A DNA stretch of 32,744 nt. It comes from a virus (lineage: Duplodnaviria > Caudoviricetes). Positions 25,071 to 32,744 of this stretch are shown here, one piece after another (position 1 is the first letter of the stretch; every line of letters starts with the position of its first letter). The notes below the pieces were generated by a model. That model saw only the letters and a program-made list of their open reading frames with translations, was not told the origin of the DNA and searched no databases. The translations under genes were made by a program, and so were the position numbers. Location of the stretch: IMG/VR virus record IMGVR_UViG_3300017727_002534, positions 1 through 32,744 of that record; one strand, given 5' to 3'.

Positions 25071-25909
25071 TAGCAACTACACGGTCAGTATTATATGTCC
25101 GTGAAGATAATGTAGTTACTCCTGTGGATCGTGGTAAAGGTCTTTACTTTGGACTAGCAAAAAGTTTTGGTAAGTATTATGTTGCTTGCCGTAATAGTGA
25201 TCCAACTCATACTAATACTTTTATTCCACCAGAAGAAGAATCTGGTGATATTATGGTCTTAGATAATAAACTAAGGTCTGAAGCAATTATTGAACCAGAA
25301 GATTTTAAATTGCAAGATCTTCATGGTATTGGATTCTGGTCTGGTAAACTTCTCTGCACATCAAGTTATGGTGACTACATTGCAATCTATGATGGTGAGA
25401 AATGGGATCGTTGGCAACCGATTCCACCAAGAAGGAATTGTAGTTATCGAGATAGTCATCATCTAAACACTGTTTACGGTACTGACGATCGTTTATATAT
25501 CCTTGCACACAACTGGGACAACGGTAGTTATATTCTTGAGTTCGACGGTATTGGTCAACCACCAAGACAGATCTATAATAATATGGGTATTCAGTGTCAT
25601 GATCTGTGGAGTTATAAAGGTGACATCTATACTTTGAGTTCTAAGGAAGGATTCGTAAGATCTACTGGTGGTTTTGCAAAAGATCTAGGTGGATGGGTAC
25701 GTGGTTTTGCTCATGTAGATGATCATTTCTGGGTAGGTGTTTCACCCACAGCAAAGAGAAGTGATCGTGCATTTGGTGATGGTATTATCCGTAAGTATGA
25801 TGAAGATTGGAATCAAGTTAGTGAACTCGTTTTAGAAGACGAGGGTCAAATTTTATCAATCCTTGACATTGGACGCAAGGCATCAAACCCACAATTAGCA
25901 ATGATATGA
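25061..25909 (+). CDS. Hypothetical protein, probable beta-propeller
   Basis: Repeated blade-like segments YFGL, LHGI, HLNTV, CHDL, WVRGF. Confidence 0.65.
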   Translation: MFLVATTRSVLYVREDNVVTPVDRGKGLYFGLAKSFGKYYVACRNSDPTHTNTFIPPEEESGDIMVLDNKLRSEAIIEPEDFKLQDLHGIGFWSGKLLCTSSYGDYIAIYDGEKWDRWQPIPPRRNCSYRDSHHLNTVYGTDDRLYILAHNWDNGSYILEFDGIGQPPRQIYNNMGIQCHDLWSYKGDIYTLSSKEGFVRSTGGFAKDLGGWVRGFAHVDDHFWVGVSPTAKRSDRAFGDGIIRKYDEDWNQVSELVLEDEGQILSILDIGRKASNPQLAMI

Positions 25910-25915
25910 ATTGTA

Positions 25916-26047
25916 ATGATTAAAGTAAAATATCAGATTAAAGAGTATTCAAATACGACACTCTTTAAATTCTTTAAAACTGAAGAGCAAGTAGAAATGT
26001 TTAAATCTCAAAACCCACATTATATTTTTGAAAGACCTTTGGAGTAA
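25916..26047 (+). CDS. Hypothetical 43-aa protein (not in ORF track)
   Basis: MIKVKYQIKEYSNTTLFKFFKTEEQVEMFKSQNPHYIFERPLE; fills the gap between two genes. Confidence 0.55.
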   Translation: MIKVKYQIKEYSNTTLFKFFKTEEQVEMFKSQNPHYIFERPLE

Positions 26048-26052
26048 ATGAT

Positions 26053-26922
26053 ATGAAGATTTATATTTGGGGGCACAAACTCCACGAACACACTCACAGT
26101 TATATCCATAGTTCTTATTACAAAGCATTTGATTATCTTGATCATGAAGTCTATTGGATTGATTCACGAGATGATCTAAGTCAGTATGATTTTAGTGATT
26201 CCGTCTTCTTTACAGAAAATTTTGTAAAGAATGGAATGCCACTTCGTAATGATTGTAAGTACATTACTCATCATATCGATACCAAATATCTAACCGATGC
26301 TGGTGTTCCCTATGAGAATGTTTTGAAGTTGGGAAACTACTTGCCAAGTTTGGAGGTTCATGAAAAAGTAGATCACTTGGCATATTGGGATGAATCTACT
26401 CGTACTCTTTATCAACCTTGGGGAACAGACTTACTACCTCATGAAATTGATGAGAATAATCCTGCAAAGTTTGACAGGAATAAAAGAGAGTTAAACTATA
26501 TTGGAATGCTTTATGAGCAAGGACCTTGGTGGGCACAATCATTTGCAGATATTATTTGGAATAAAGACAATGTAGCATTCAAAGTCTTTACACAAAATGC
26601 ATCCGATGAGGAGAATAGGAACCTAGTTAGATCTTCATTCTTATGCCCAGACTTTAGAAGTGATTGGCACTTGCAATGTGGGTATATTCCGTGTAGAATG
26701 TTCAAGAATATTAGTTATGGTAGAGTAACTGGAACTAATTCACCATCTGTAAAACGTGCATTTGGAGATTATGTTGCATACGGTGGTACACCAGACACAT
26801 TATATTCAAATCTACTAGAAGCAGATGCTGGTGGAAATATAGACATTAAAGAAGCAATGCTTTTTGTCAAAGAAAAACATACGTTTATTAACAGAGTCAA
26901 CACTATCTTGAAGTTATTATGA
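26053..26922 (+). CDS. Putative GT-B glycosyltransferase
   Basis: PWGTD, YIPCRMFKNISYG and HTFINRV resemble CgeB/GT4-like C-terminal domains. Confidence 0.65.
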   Translation: MKIYIWGHKLHEHTHSYIHSSYYKAFDYLDHEVYWIDSRDDLSQYDFSDSVFFTENFVKNGMPLRNDCKYITHHIDTKYLTDAGVPYENVLKLGNYLPSLEVHEKVDHLAYWDESTRTLYQPWGTDLLPHEIDENNPAKFDRNKRELNYIGMLYEQGPWWAQSFADIIWNKDNVAFKVFTQNASDEENRNLVRSSFLCPDFRSDWHLQCGYIPCRMFKNISYGRVTGTNSPSVKRAFGDYVAYGGTPDTLYSNLLEADAGGNIDIKEAMLFVKEKHTFINRVNTILKLL

Positions 26923-27704
26923 TCGGTTTTAATCATCTAGGTCAGCACGGAAGACTTGGAAATCAAATGTTTCAATATGCTGCACTCCGTGGTATTGCTG
27001 CAGCACATGATTATGATTTCTGTATTCCCCAATCAGATTTTGTAGATGAGTGGAAGGATCATCAGTTGTTTGAAACTTTTAAACTCCCGCATAATAATAA
27101 TCGTGGGTATCAACTTCAACCAGATTATTATCAGGAAAAGCAATTTCATTATGACCAGGAGTATGTAGATAATTGTCCTGATCAGATTTGTCTATTTGGA
27201 TACTTTCAAACTGAAAGATATTTTGAAAATATTACTGACAGTATTAGAGAAGACTTTACTTTCCATGATGAGATTGTAGAGACTTGCACTGAATTTATTG
27301 GACAAGTAGATAATCCTCTTGCACTTCATGTTCGTAGAACTGATTATGTTTCTAAGGCAGCAGATCATCCACCATGTAGTGCTGAGTACTATCAAGAAGC
27401 ATTGAGTAAGTTTGATGATGATCGCAGTGTAATTGTATTCTCCGATGATGCTGAATGGTGTAAGGAACAAAGTATCTTCTCTGCAGATCGTTTCATGGTT
27501 GCTGAAGGAAATGATAATCGTTATGATCTATGTTTGATGTCTCTATGCAAAGACTTCATTATTGCTAACTCTTCTTTCTCATGGTGGGGTGCTTGGTTGG
27601 CAAATCGTGGAGGAGTAGTTGCTCCTGCTCGGTGGTTTGGTGAAGGATATACTGCAAAAAATGATACTCGTGACATTGTTCCTAGTAACTGGTTGAAAGT
27701 ATGA
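26919..27704 (+). CDS. Alpha-1,2-fucosyltransferase-like protein (GT11)
   Basis: GRLGNQMFQYA, GYFQTERYF, HVRRTDY, FSDD, IANSSFSWWGAWL. Confidence 0.93.
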   Translation: MIGFNHLGQHGRLGNQMFQYAALRGIAAAHDYDFCIPQSDFVDEWKDHQLFETFKLPHNNNRGYQLQPDYYQEKQFHYDQEYVDNCPDQICLFGYFQTERYFENITDSIREDFTFHDEIVETCTEFIGQVDNPLALHVRRTDYVSKAADHPPCSAEYYQEALSKFDDDRSVIVFSDDAEWCKEQSIFSADRFMVAEGNDNRYDLCLMSLCKDFIIANSSFSWWGAWLANRGGVVAPARWFGEGYTAKNDTRDIVPSNWLKV

Positions 27705-28429
27705 TTGATCTATCCGTTGCTATTCCTACCTACGAAATGGGTGGTGTAGGACCAGACTATCTTAGAGAACTATTTGAAAGTATTGCAAAGCAAACATTCA
27801 AGAATTTTGAGGTTTGTATCTCAGATCATTCTAAGGACGATTCTACTCTTGAAGTATGCGAGGAGTATTCTCAAGACTTTACTATTCAATATTTCAAGAA
27901 TGTAGAAGATCGTGGCAATGGTCCAGCAAATACAAACTCTGCAGTTGATATGTGTTCTGGTAAATATACCAAACTCATCTTCTCCGATGATCTTTTTATT
28001 AATGAGAATGCTTTCGATATCATTGTTAGAACACTTGGAGAAACTGATTGTAAGTGGTTATTCAGTGGGTTCAAACATACATCAGATGGCAGAAATTTTG
28101 TAAGACCCATGATTCCTAGATGGTGTGATATGATGTTAGAGGGTAGAAACCTTCTTGGTTCACCTTCTTGCGTTGCATTTGAAACTGAGAGTTTTGTGGG
28201 ATTTGATTCTAAATTAAAATTGCTAATGGATACCGACTTCTATCACAGAATGAAGTGTCAAAATGGTGATCCTGGATTAGTTGAACAATACTTAGTTGCT
28301 AATCGTGAACACCCAAATAGAATTAGTTCTTCTAATGTGGACTACAACTATCGATTTGATCATCCAGAAGGATCATGGGTTGTAAATAAAGAGGAATTGG
28401 ATTACGTTTTAGAAAAAAATAAAAGATGA
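27701..28429 (+). CDS. Glycosyltransferase family 2
   Basis: SVAIPTYE, QTFKNFEVCISDHSKD, FSDD. Confidence 0.88.
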   Translation: MIDLSVAIPTYEMGGVGPDYLRELFESIAKQTFKNFEVCISDHSKDDSTLEVCEEYSQDFTIQYFKNVEDRGNGPANTNSAVDMCSGKYTKLIFSDDLFINENAFDIIVRTLGETDCKWLFSGFKHTSDGRNFVRPMIPRWCDMMLEGRNLLGSPSCVAFETESFVGFDSKLKLLMDTDFYHRMKCQNGDPGLVEQYLVANREHPNRISSSNVDYNYRFDHPEGSWVVNKEELDYVLEKNKR

Positions 28430-29259
28430 AAAAGATCGACCTATCTAATGCAACCTTCATTGTTCCAATCAGATTAGAATCTGATGATCGATTGAGGAAT
28501 GTAATTACGAGTTTGTGTTATATTCTTGCAAACTTTAAAACAAATGTCATAGTACATGAAGTTGATTCCGAGTCTGTATTTGCAAAAAGTGCTTTACCAC
28601 AGATTACGGAATTTCTTGATGGGGATGTAGGAGATCTTAAACATATTTTTGAGCAGTCTGATGCACCATCATTTCATAGACAGAGAGTTCTCAATGATAT
28701 GATTATGATGTCAACTACTAAAGTGGTTGTGAATTATGATTGTGATGTTCTACTTCCTAGAGAAACATACCAACATGCATATGAGATTATCAACAATGAT
28801 CATGCGGATGTAATCTATCCATATGGTGATGGTAATTGGCAATATCAAGTCTTTGCTGACGATGAACTTGTTACGGAATTCCTTACCAATGATTTTAACA
28901 TGAAGATTCTAAATAAGAAGACTAAAGTCTACATGTCTAAGTATGGATTTTGTCAGTTCTTCAATAGGGATATCTATATTGAAGGTGGACTGGAAAACGA
29001 AAACTTTGTAGCATATGCTCCAGAAGATGTAGAAAGATATCATAGGTTTACAACACTTGGTTATAGAGTTGGTAGAGTTCCTGATTGGGTTTACCATTTG
29101 GAACATGCCAGGACTCCAAATTCATGGGTCAATAACCCACACATGCAAGAAAATAATGCAGAGTGGGAAAAGATACAGAAAATGAAACCTGATGAATTGA
29201 GAAAGTATATCGATAGTCAAGAGTATTATCAAAAGAGGTTATGTCAAACGCAACAATAG
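28426..29259 (+). CDS. GT-A glycosyltransferase (GT2/GT7-like C-terminus)
   Basis: YDCD (DxD), GG.ENENF..Y.PED.ER, YHLEH. Confidence 0.82.
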   Translation: MKKIDLSNATFIVPIRLESDDRLRNVITSLCYILANFKTNVIVHEVDSESVFAKSALPQITEFLDGDVGDLKHIFEQSDAPSFHRQRVLNDMIMMSTTKVVVNYDCDVLLPRETYQHAYEIINNDHADVIYPYGDGNWQYQVFADDELVTEFLTNDFNMKILNKKTKVYMSKYGFCQFFNRDIYIEGGLENENFVAYAPEDVERYHRFTTLGYRVGRVPDWVYHLEHARTPNSWVNNPHMQENNAEWEKIQKMKPDELRKYIDSQEYYQKRLCQTQQ

Positions 29260-29933
29260 CAGTAATTACTTCGTCCATCGGAACGAATAATTTAATTACT
29301 CCAGAAAAATGGTTGGATAAAGTTGACTATCATGCATTTGTAGAACCACATCAACTGTCTGTTGATGATATGTGGCATAGACATGAGTACGTTAGTTTTT
29401 CATTAGATCCAAAATATAAAAATAGGAGAGACGCAAAGATTTATAAGATATGTCCTCACCTATTTCTTCCTGGATATGATTACTATATTTGGATGGATGC
29501 TACTCATACTTTAGAAGCAGATCCAGAAGAACTGATTGAAGAGTATTTGAAAGGTTCTGAGATCGCAGTCTTTCAACACCCCGAAAGAGATTGTGTATAT
29601 GAAGAAGCAGAGCTAGTCAAACAGATTGGGTTTGATCATGCTAACTTAATAGAAGATCAACTTGACTTCTACAGGGAGATGGAGTATCCTGAACACAATG
29701 GTTTATATGAACTTCCTGCACGAATTCAAAAGAATAATGGTCGAACAAAACAACTTGGTTTGATGTGGTGGGAGCAAATCTGTATGTTCTCGTCAAGAGA
29801 TCAAATTAGTTTTCCTTTTGTTTGCGAGCAGTTAAATATTAAACCAAATATTATTCCTGGAAGAGCAAACACGATTCGAGGAAACAAATATATACCACAA
29901 GTCATAAGTTCTCATCATAGTAGAGTTGGTTAA
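29241..29933 (+). CDS. DUF616 (TOD1/MUCI70-like) putative glycosyltransferase
   Basis: K.YK..PHLFLP.YDY.IWMD, HPERDCVYEE, SRDQISFPFV. Confidence 0.78.
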   Translation: MSNATIAVITSSIGTNNLITPEKWLDKVDYHAFVEPHQLSVDDMWHRHEYVSFSLDPKYKNRRDAKIYKICPHLFLPGYDYYIWMDATHTLEADPEELIEEYLKGSEIAVFQHPERDCVYEEAELVKQIGFDHANLIEDQLDFYREMEYPEHNGLYELPARIQKNNGRTKQLGLMWWEQICMFSSRDQISFPFVCEQLNIKPNIIPGRANTIRGNKYIPQVISSHHSRVG

Positions 29934-31258
29934 TGTGCAGTTTTCTTTTTACGGATAAGGAAGTAAATGATTTTGATTATACAAATCATTATATGAGATT
30001 CCGTGGTCCTGATACCACAAACAGTATTAACGTCAATGAGTATACAATTGCTCATAATATTCTCTCCATCACTGGAGACTTTACACCACAACCATTTGTA
30101 GATCATGATGATGAGATTGTGTGTGTCTACAATGGGCAGATCTATAACTATACCGACTTTGGTGATTATGGATCTGATGGTGAATGTATTATTCCCACGT
30201 ATAAGAAGTTTGGTGAACGGGCATTTGTTACATTAGATGGTGAGTTTGCTATTGTCTTAGCAGATTTTAAGAACAATCTCCTACATCTCGTTACCGATCC
30301 CTTTGCAACTAAACCATTGTGGTATGGGATTGAGGATGGCAAGATTGGTGTGGCAAGTTATGAGTCTGCTGTAAAGTCTCTTGGTTTCCGTAAGGTAATC
30401 AAGCAAGATGCAAATAAGATTCTCACATTCAATCTAGAAACAAAGGAACTAGTCAATGAATTGACTACTTATGAGTTTATTCTGCATCAGTTTACTGAAT
30501 CATTTGATGGGTGGATTGGTGCATTTAGGGAATCTATTCGTAAGAGGACTAAGGGCATTCGTGAAAAAGTATTCATTGGGTTGTCTAGTGGATATGATAG
30601 TGGTGGCATTGCATGTGAATTGAACAATCAACATGTTCCATATAAAGCATATACTGTTGTTGGTAATGAAAATCAGGATGTGCTTCGTAAGAGATATCAA
30701 ATGTTCAATGAAAACTCTTGTGGTGTAAATCTACAGGACAATCGTTGGGCATATAAGGATTACATCAATAAGAATGTGGAGGAGTTTAAGTATCGCATCT
30801 ATTCCTCTAGTAGTGATTACAATGAGTTCAATACTAGACTGCAGGATGATAATGGATCTTGTGGTCTTTCTATGATTTGTGATAATGCTCGTAAGGAAGG
30901 GCATAAAATCTATCTTTCTGGATCTGGGTCAGATGAAGTCTTCTCTGACTATGGATTCAATGGTGAGAAGAAGTTTATGCATAGTAACTTTGGTGGATTG
31001 TTCCCTGAAGATTTGTCAACAATTTTTCCATGGGCTTCGTTTTATGGGAGCACTATGGTATCATATCTTGCGAAGGAAGAGTATGTTGCTGGTTCCTATG
31101 GTATAGAAACACGTTATCCATATTTGGATAAATACGTCGTCCAAGAATTCTTATCATTAAAACATACATTAAAGAATTCAAAGTATAAGTCTGTGCTTGA
31201 TGAGTATCTGACTAGATCAAACTATCCATTTGAAAAAAATATTAAGAGAGGTTTTTGA
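29933..31258 (+). CDS. Asparagine-synthetase-like glutamine amidotransferase
   Basis: N-terminal Cys2, RGPD, YNGQIYN, LDGEFA, LSSGYDS, SGSGSDE, ETRYPYLD. Confidence 0.88.
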   Translation: MCSFLFTDKEVNDFDYTNHYMRFRGPDTTNSINVNEYTIAHNILSITGDFTPQPFVDHDDEIVCVYNGQIYNYTDFGDYGSDGECIIPTYKKFGERAFVTLDGEFAIVLADFKNNLLHLVTDPFATKPLWYGIEDGKIGVASYESAVKSLGFRKVIKQDANKILTFNLETKELVNELTTYEFILHQFTESFDGWIGAFRESIRKRTKGIREKVFIGLSSGYDSGGIACELNNQHVPYKAYTVVGNENQDVLRKRYQMFNENSCGVNLQDNRWAYKDYINKNVEEFKYRIYSSSSDYNEFNTRLQDDNGSCGLSMICDNARKEGHKIYLSGSGSDEVFSDYGFNGEKKFMHSNFGGLFPEDLSTIFPWASFYGSTMVSYLAKEEYVAGSYGIETRYPYLDKYVVQEFLSLKHTLKNSKYKSVLDEYLTRSNYPFEKNIKRGF

Positions 31259-31803
31259 TGTCGTCCACATTATCTAAAGAAGTTCTTCTAAAGCATAAGA
31301 AGAATAATGTATTCGTAGAAACTGGAACACTTTGGGGTGATGGAGTCGCAGTTGCTCTAGAGTGTGGATATGATAAGGTGATTAGTATTGAGATCGATCC
31401 TGAACGTGTTGTAGCAAACTCTGAAAGGTTTGCTGATGAGATTGCAGATGGTCGTGTGGAATTGGTTGAGGGTGATACCTTTGATGTATTTGAAGGTATC
31501 GTTGAGGGTTTAGGAGAACCAGCAACTTTCTGGTTGGATGCTCATTGGGATAATGATGGAGCACCGATTGGTGAATACAAGTGCCCACTTCCATTTGAAC
31601 TCAGTGCAATTGCAAAGAGTAGTGTCAAAACTCATACTTTGATGATTGATGATCGTAGACTATTTGGTGACACTGGCAGCACTTGGGGAAATACAATTAA
31701 TGAGAATGAAATTTATGAGCAGGTAACTGCTATTAATAAGTCCTACTTTATTGCTTATGAGGATGGACATGTAGAAGATGATGTTATTGTTGCACATTGT
31801 TGA
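31258..31803 (+). CDS. Class I SAM-dependent methyltransferase-like protein
   Basis: FVETGT..GDG, SIEID, EGD, FWLDAH, IDD.R. Confidence 0.72.
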   Translation: MSSTLSKEVLLKHKKNNVFVETGTLWGDGVAVALECGYDKVISIEIDPERVVANSERFADEIADGRVELVEGDTFDVFEGIVEGLGEPATFWLDAHWDNDGAPIGEYKCPLPFELSAIAKSSVKTHTLMIDDRRLFGDTGSTWGNTINENEIYEQVTAINKSYFIAYEDGHVEDDVIVAHC

Positions 31804-31805
31804 TT

Positions 31806-32606
31806 ATGAAATATAATGTTTTTACTACGGCTAACAAGTCGTACTTTCCTTTCGTTGATGTACTTGTAAATTCTCTAACTGAAAATTGCCCAAACCTTAA
31901 TCGCATTTACATTGCAGATTGTGGTTTAGGTAATTATCGTAAGTATCTACAAGATAAAAATAATGTATCAATTATGGATACTGATGTCATTGATGAATAC
32001 TCTGGTGTTCATTCTGAAGGTTGGGTAAAAGCAACACAGCAGAAGACTAGAGTACTCAGTAAACTACTGACGATGATAGACTTTGAAGAACCACTCATTA
32101 TGATTGATAGTGATGTATGTGTTCTAGAAGATCTAGCACAAGTCATTGATAGTGAATTTGATATGCAGGCAACAACCATGAATACAGGTGGACACACCCG
32201 TGCCGATGGAATCTTTATTAGTGAGATTGCAAGTTTCTTGATTATTAATAACAGTAGTCTTGGTAAGGTTTTTGTCCGCAATTGGATCAAGCAGATGGAA
32301 GAATTTGCTGAGAATGATACTCCATTCCCCCATGAAACTCCTGCACTAAATATCACATTGCAGAATAACAAACTACTTAACGTTGGTTATCTAAAAGAAT
32401 TGGAAGTGTGTGCAGATCAAGAGTTGACTTCCAATACTCTTTCGGTACACTTTAAGAGTAATGGTTCTACAAGTGACAACCCTGTGGTAAACTTTGAGAA
32501 GAGAGTGATGTCTGTTGATAACAAAACAGAGACTGACCTTGATGTTGACAAATACTTGAATGAAGAAATGTACGATCAATGGAGATCTGAATATGAAACT
32601 AACTGA
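31806..32606 (+). CDS. GT-A nucleotide-diphospho-sugar transferase (GT8/GT77-like)
   Basis: TTANKSYF, IADCGL, MIDSD (DxD), HFK. Confidence 0.7.
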   Translation: MKYNVFTTANKSYFPFVDVLVNSLTENCPNLNRIYIADCGLGNYRKYLQDKNNVSIMDTDVIDEYSGVHSEGWVKATQQKTRVLSKLLTMIDFEEPLIMIDSDVCVLEDLAQVIDSEFDMQATTMNTGGHTRADGIFISEIASFLIINNSSLGKVFVRNWIKQMEEFAENDTPFPHETPALNITLQNNKLLNVGYLKELEVCADQELTSNTLSVHFKSNGSTSDNPVVNFEKRVMSVDNKTETDLDVDKYLNEEMYDQWRSEYETN

Positions 32607-32744
32607 CATCCACACACAATTTAAGACTGATAAGGGAACTGCCCATGACTACATTGGTTGGTATGAGCAGACATTTTCTGATCGTAGAACTGATGAACTG
32701 AATTTTCTTGAAGTTGGTGTTTTATTTGGTGGATCACTCAAGAT
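32593..32744 (+). CDS. Sugar O-methyltransferase-like protein (MycE/TylE-like), 3'-truncated by window
   Basis: MKLTDIHTQFKTDKGTAHDYIGWYE...FLEVGVLFGGSLK contains TDK..H.Y...Y and LEVGV motifs. Confidence 0.72.
   Translation, partial: MKLTDIHTQFKTDKGTAHDYIGWYEQTFSDRRTDELNFLEVGVLFGGSLK

Noticed and set aside
25863-25895. TTGACA as a promoter
   Set aside because: No -10 hexamer at 16-18 nt spacing.
8485-31106. Alternate-frame + strand ORFs nested in primase, nrdA, nrdB, gmd and later genes, and 13172-13369
   Set aside because: They overlap conserved genes, have atypical composition and mostly lack SD sequences.
51-32615. All minus-strand ORFs in the track
   Set aside because: They are antisense shadows of well-supported + strand genes, with no recognisable motifs.
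1-32744. CRISPR array, IS element, integrase, rRNA or photosynthesis genes
   Set aside because: I saw no repeat-spacer periodicity or corresponding protein or RNA motifs.

Overview
This is an AT-rich fragment of a T4-like marine cyanomyovirus genome (Kyanoviridae-like; a Synechococcus host is inferred from the tRNA set). Every credible gene is on the + strand. In order: the 3' end of mazG; a block of late-promoter-driven, Lys/Glu-rich, probably head-packaged proteins, including a PD-(D/E)XK-like nuclease and an HIGH-superfamily nucleotidyltransferase; gp61 primase, nrdA and nrdB; and an accessory region. The accessory region holds a GIY-YIG nuclease, four tRNAs (Arg-UCU, Asn-GUU, Gly-UCC and a CAU tRNA), two structured non-coding RNA candidates, a protein O-fucosyltransferase-like gene and a NodU-type carbamoyltransferase. 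Five 2OG-Fe(II) oxygenase-like genes are spread across the window. The last ~12 kb is a glycan cluster: PMI cupin, gmd, fcl, a GDP-mannose 3,5-epimerase-like SDR, six glycosyltransferase-like genes, an amidotransferase and methyltransferases. The best leads are an oxygenase / O-fucosyltransferase / oxygenase operon, a pseudoknotted RNA leading a tRNA transcript, modular basic polyproteins, and apparent CCGG avoidance. All calls come from motif recognition by eye; no database searches were run.
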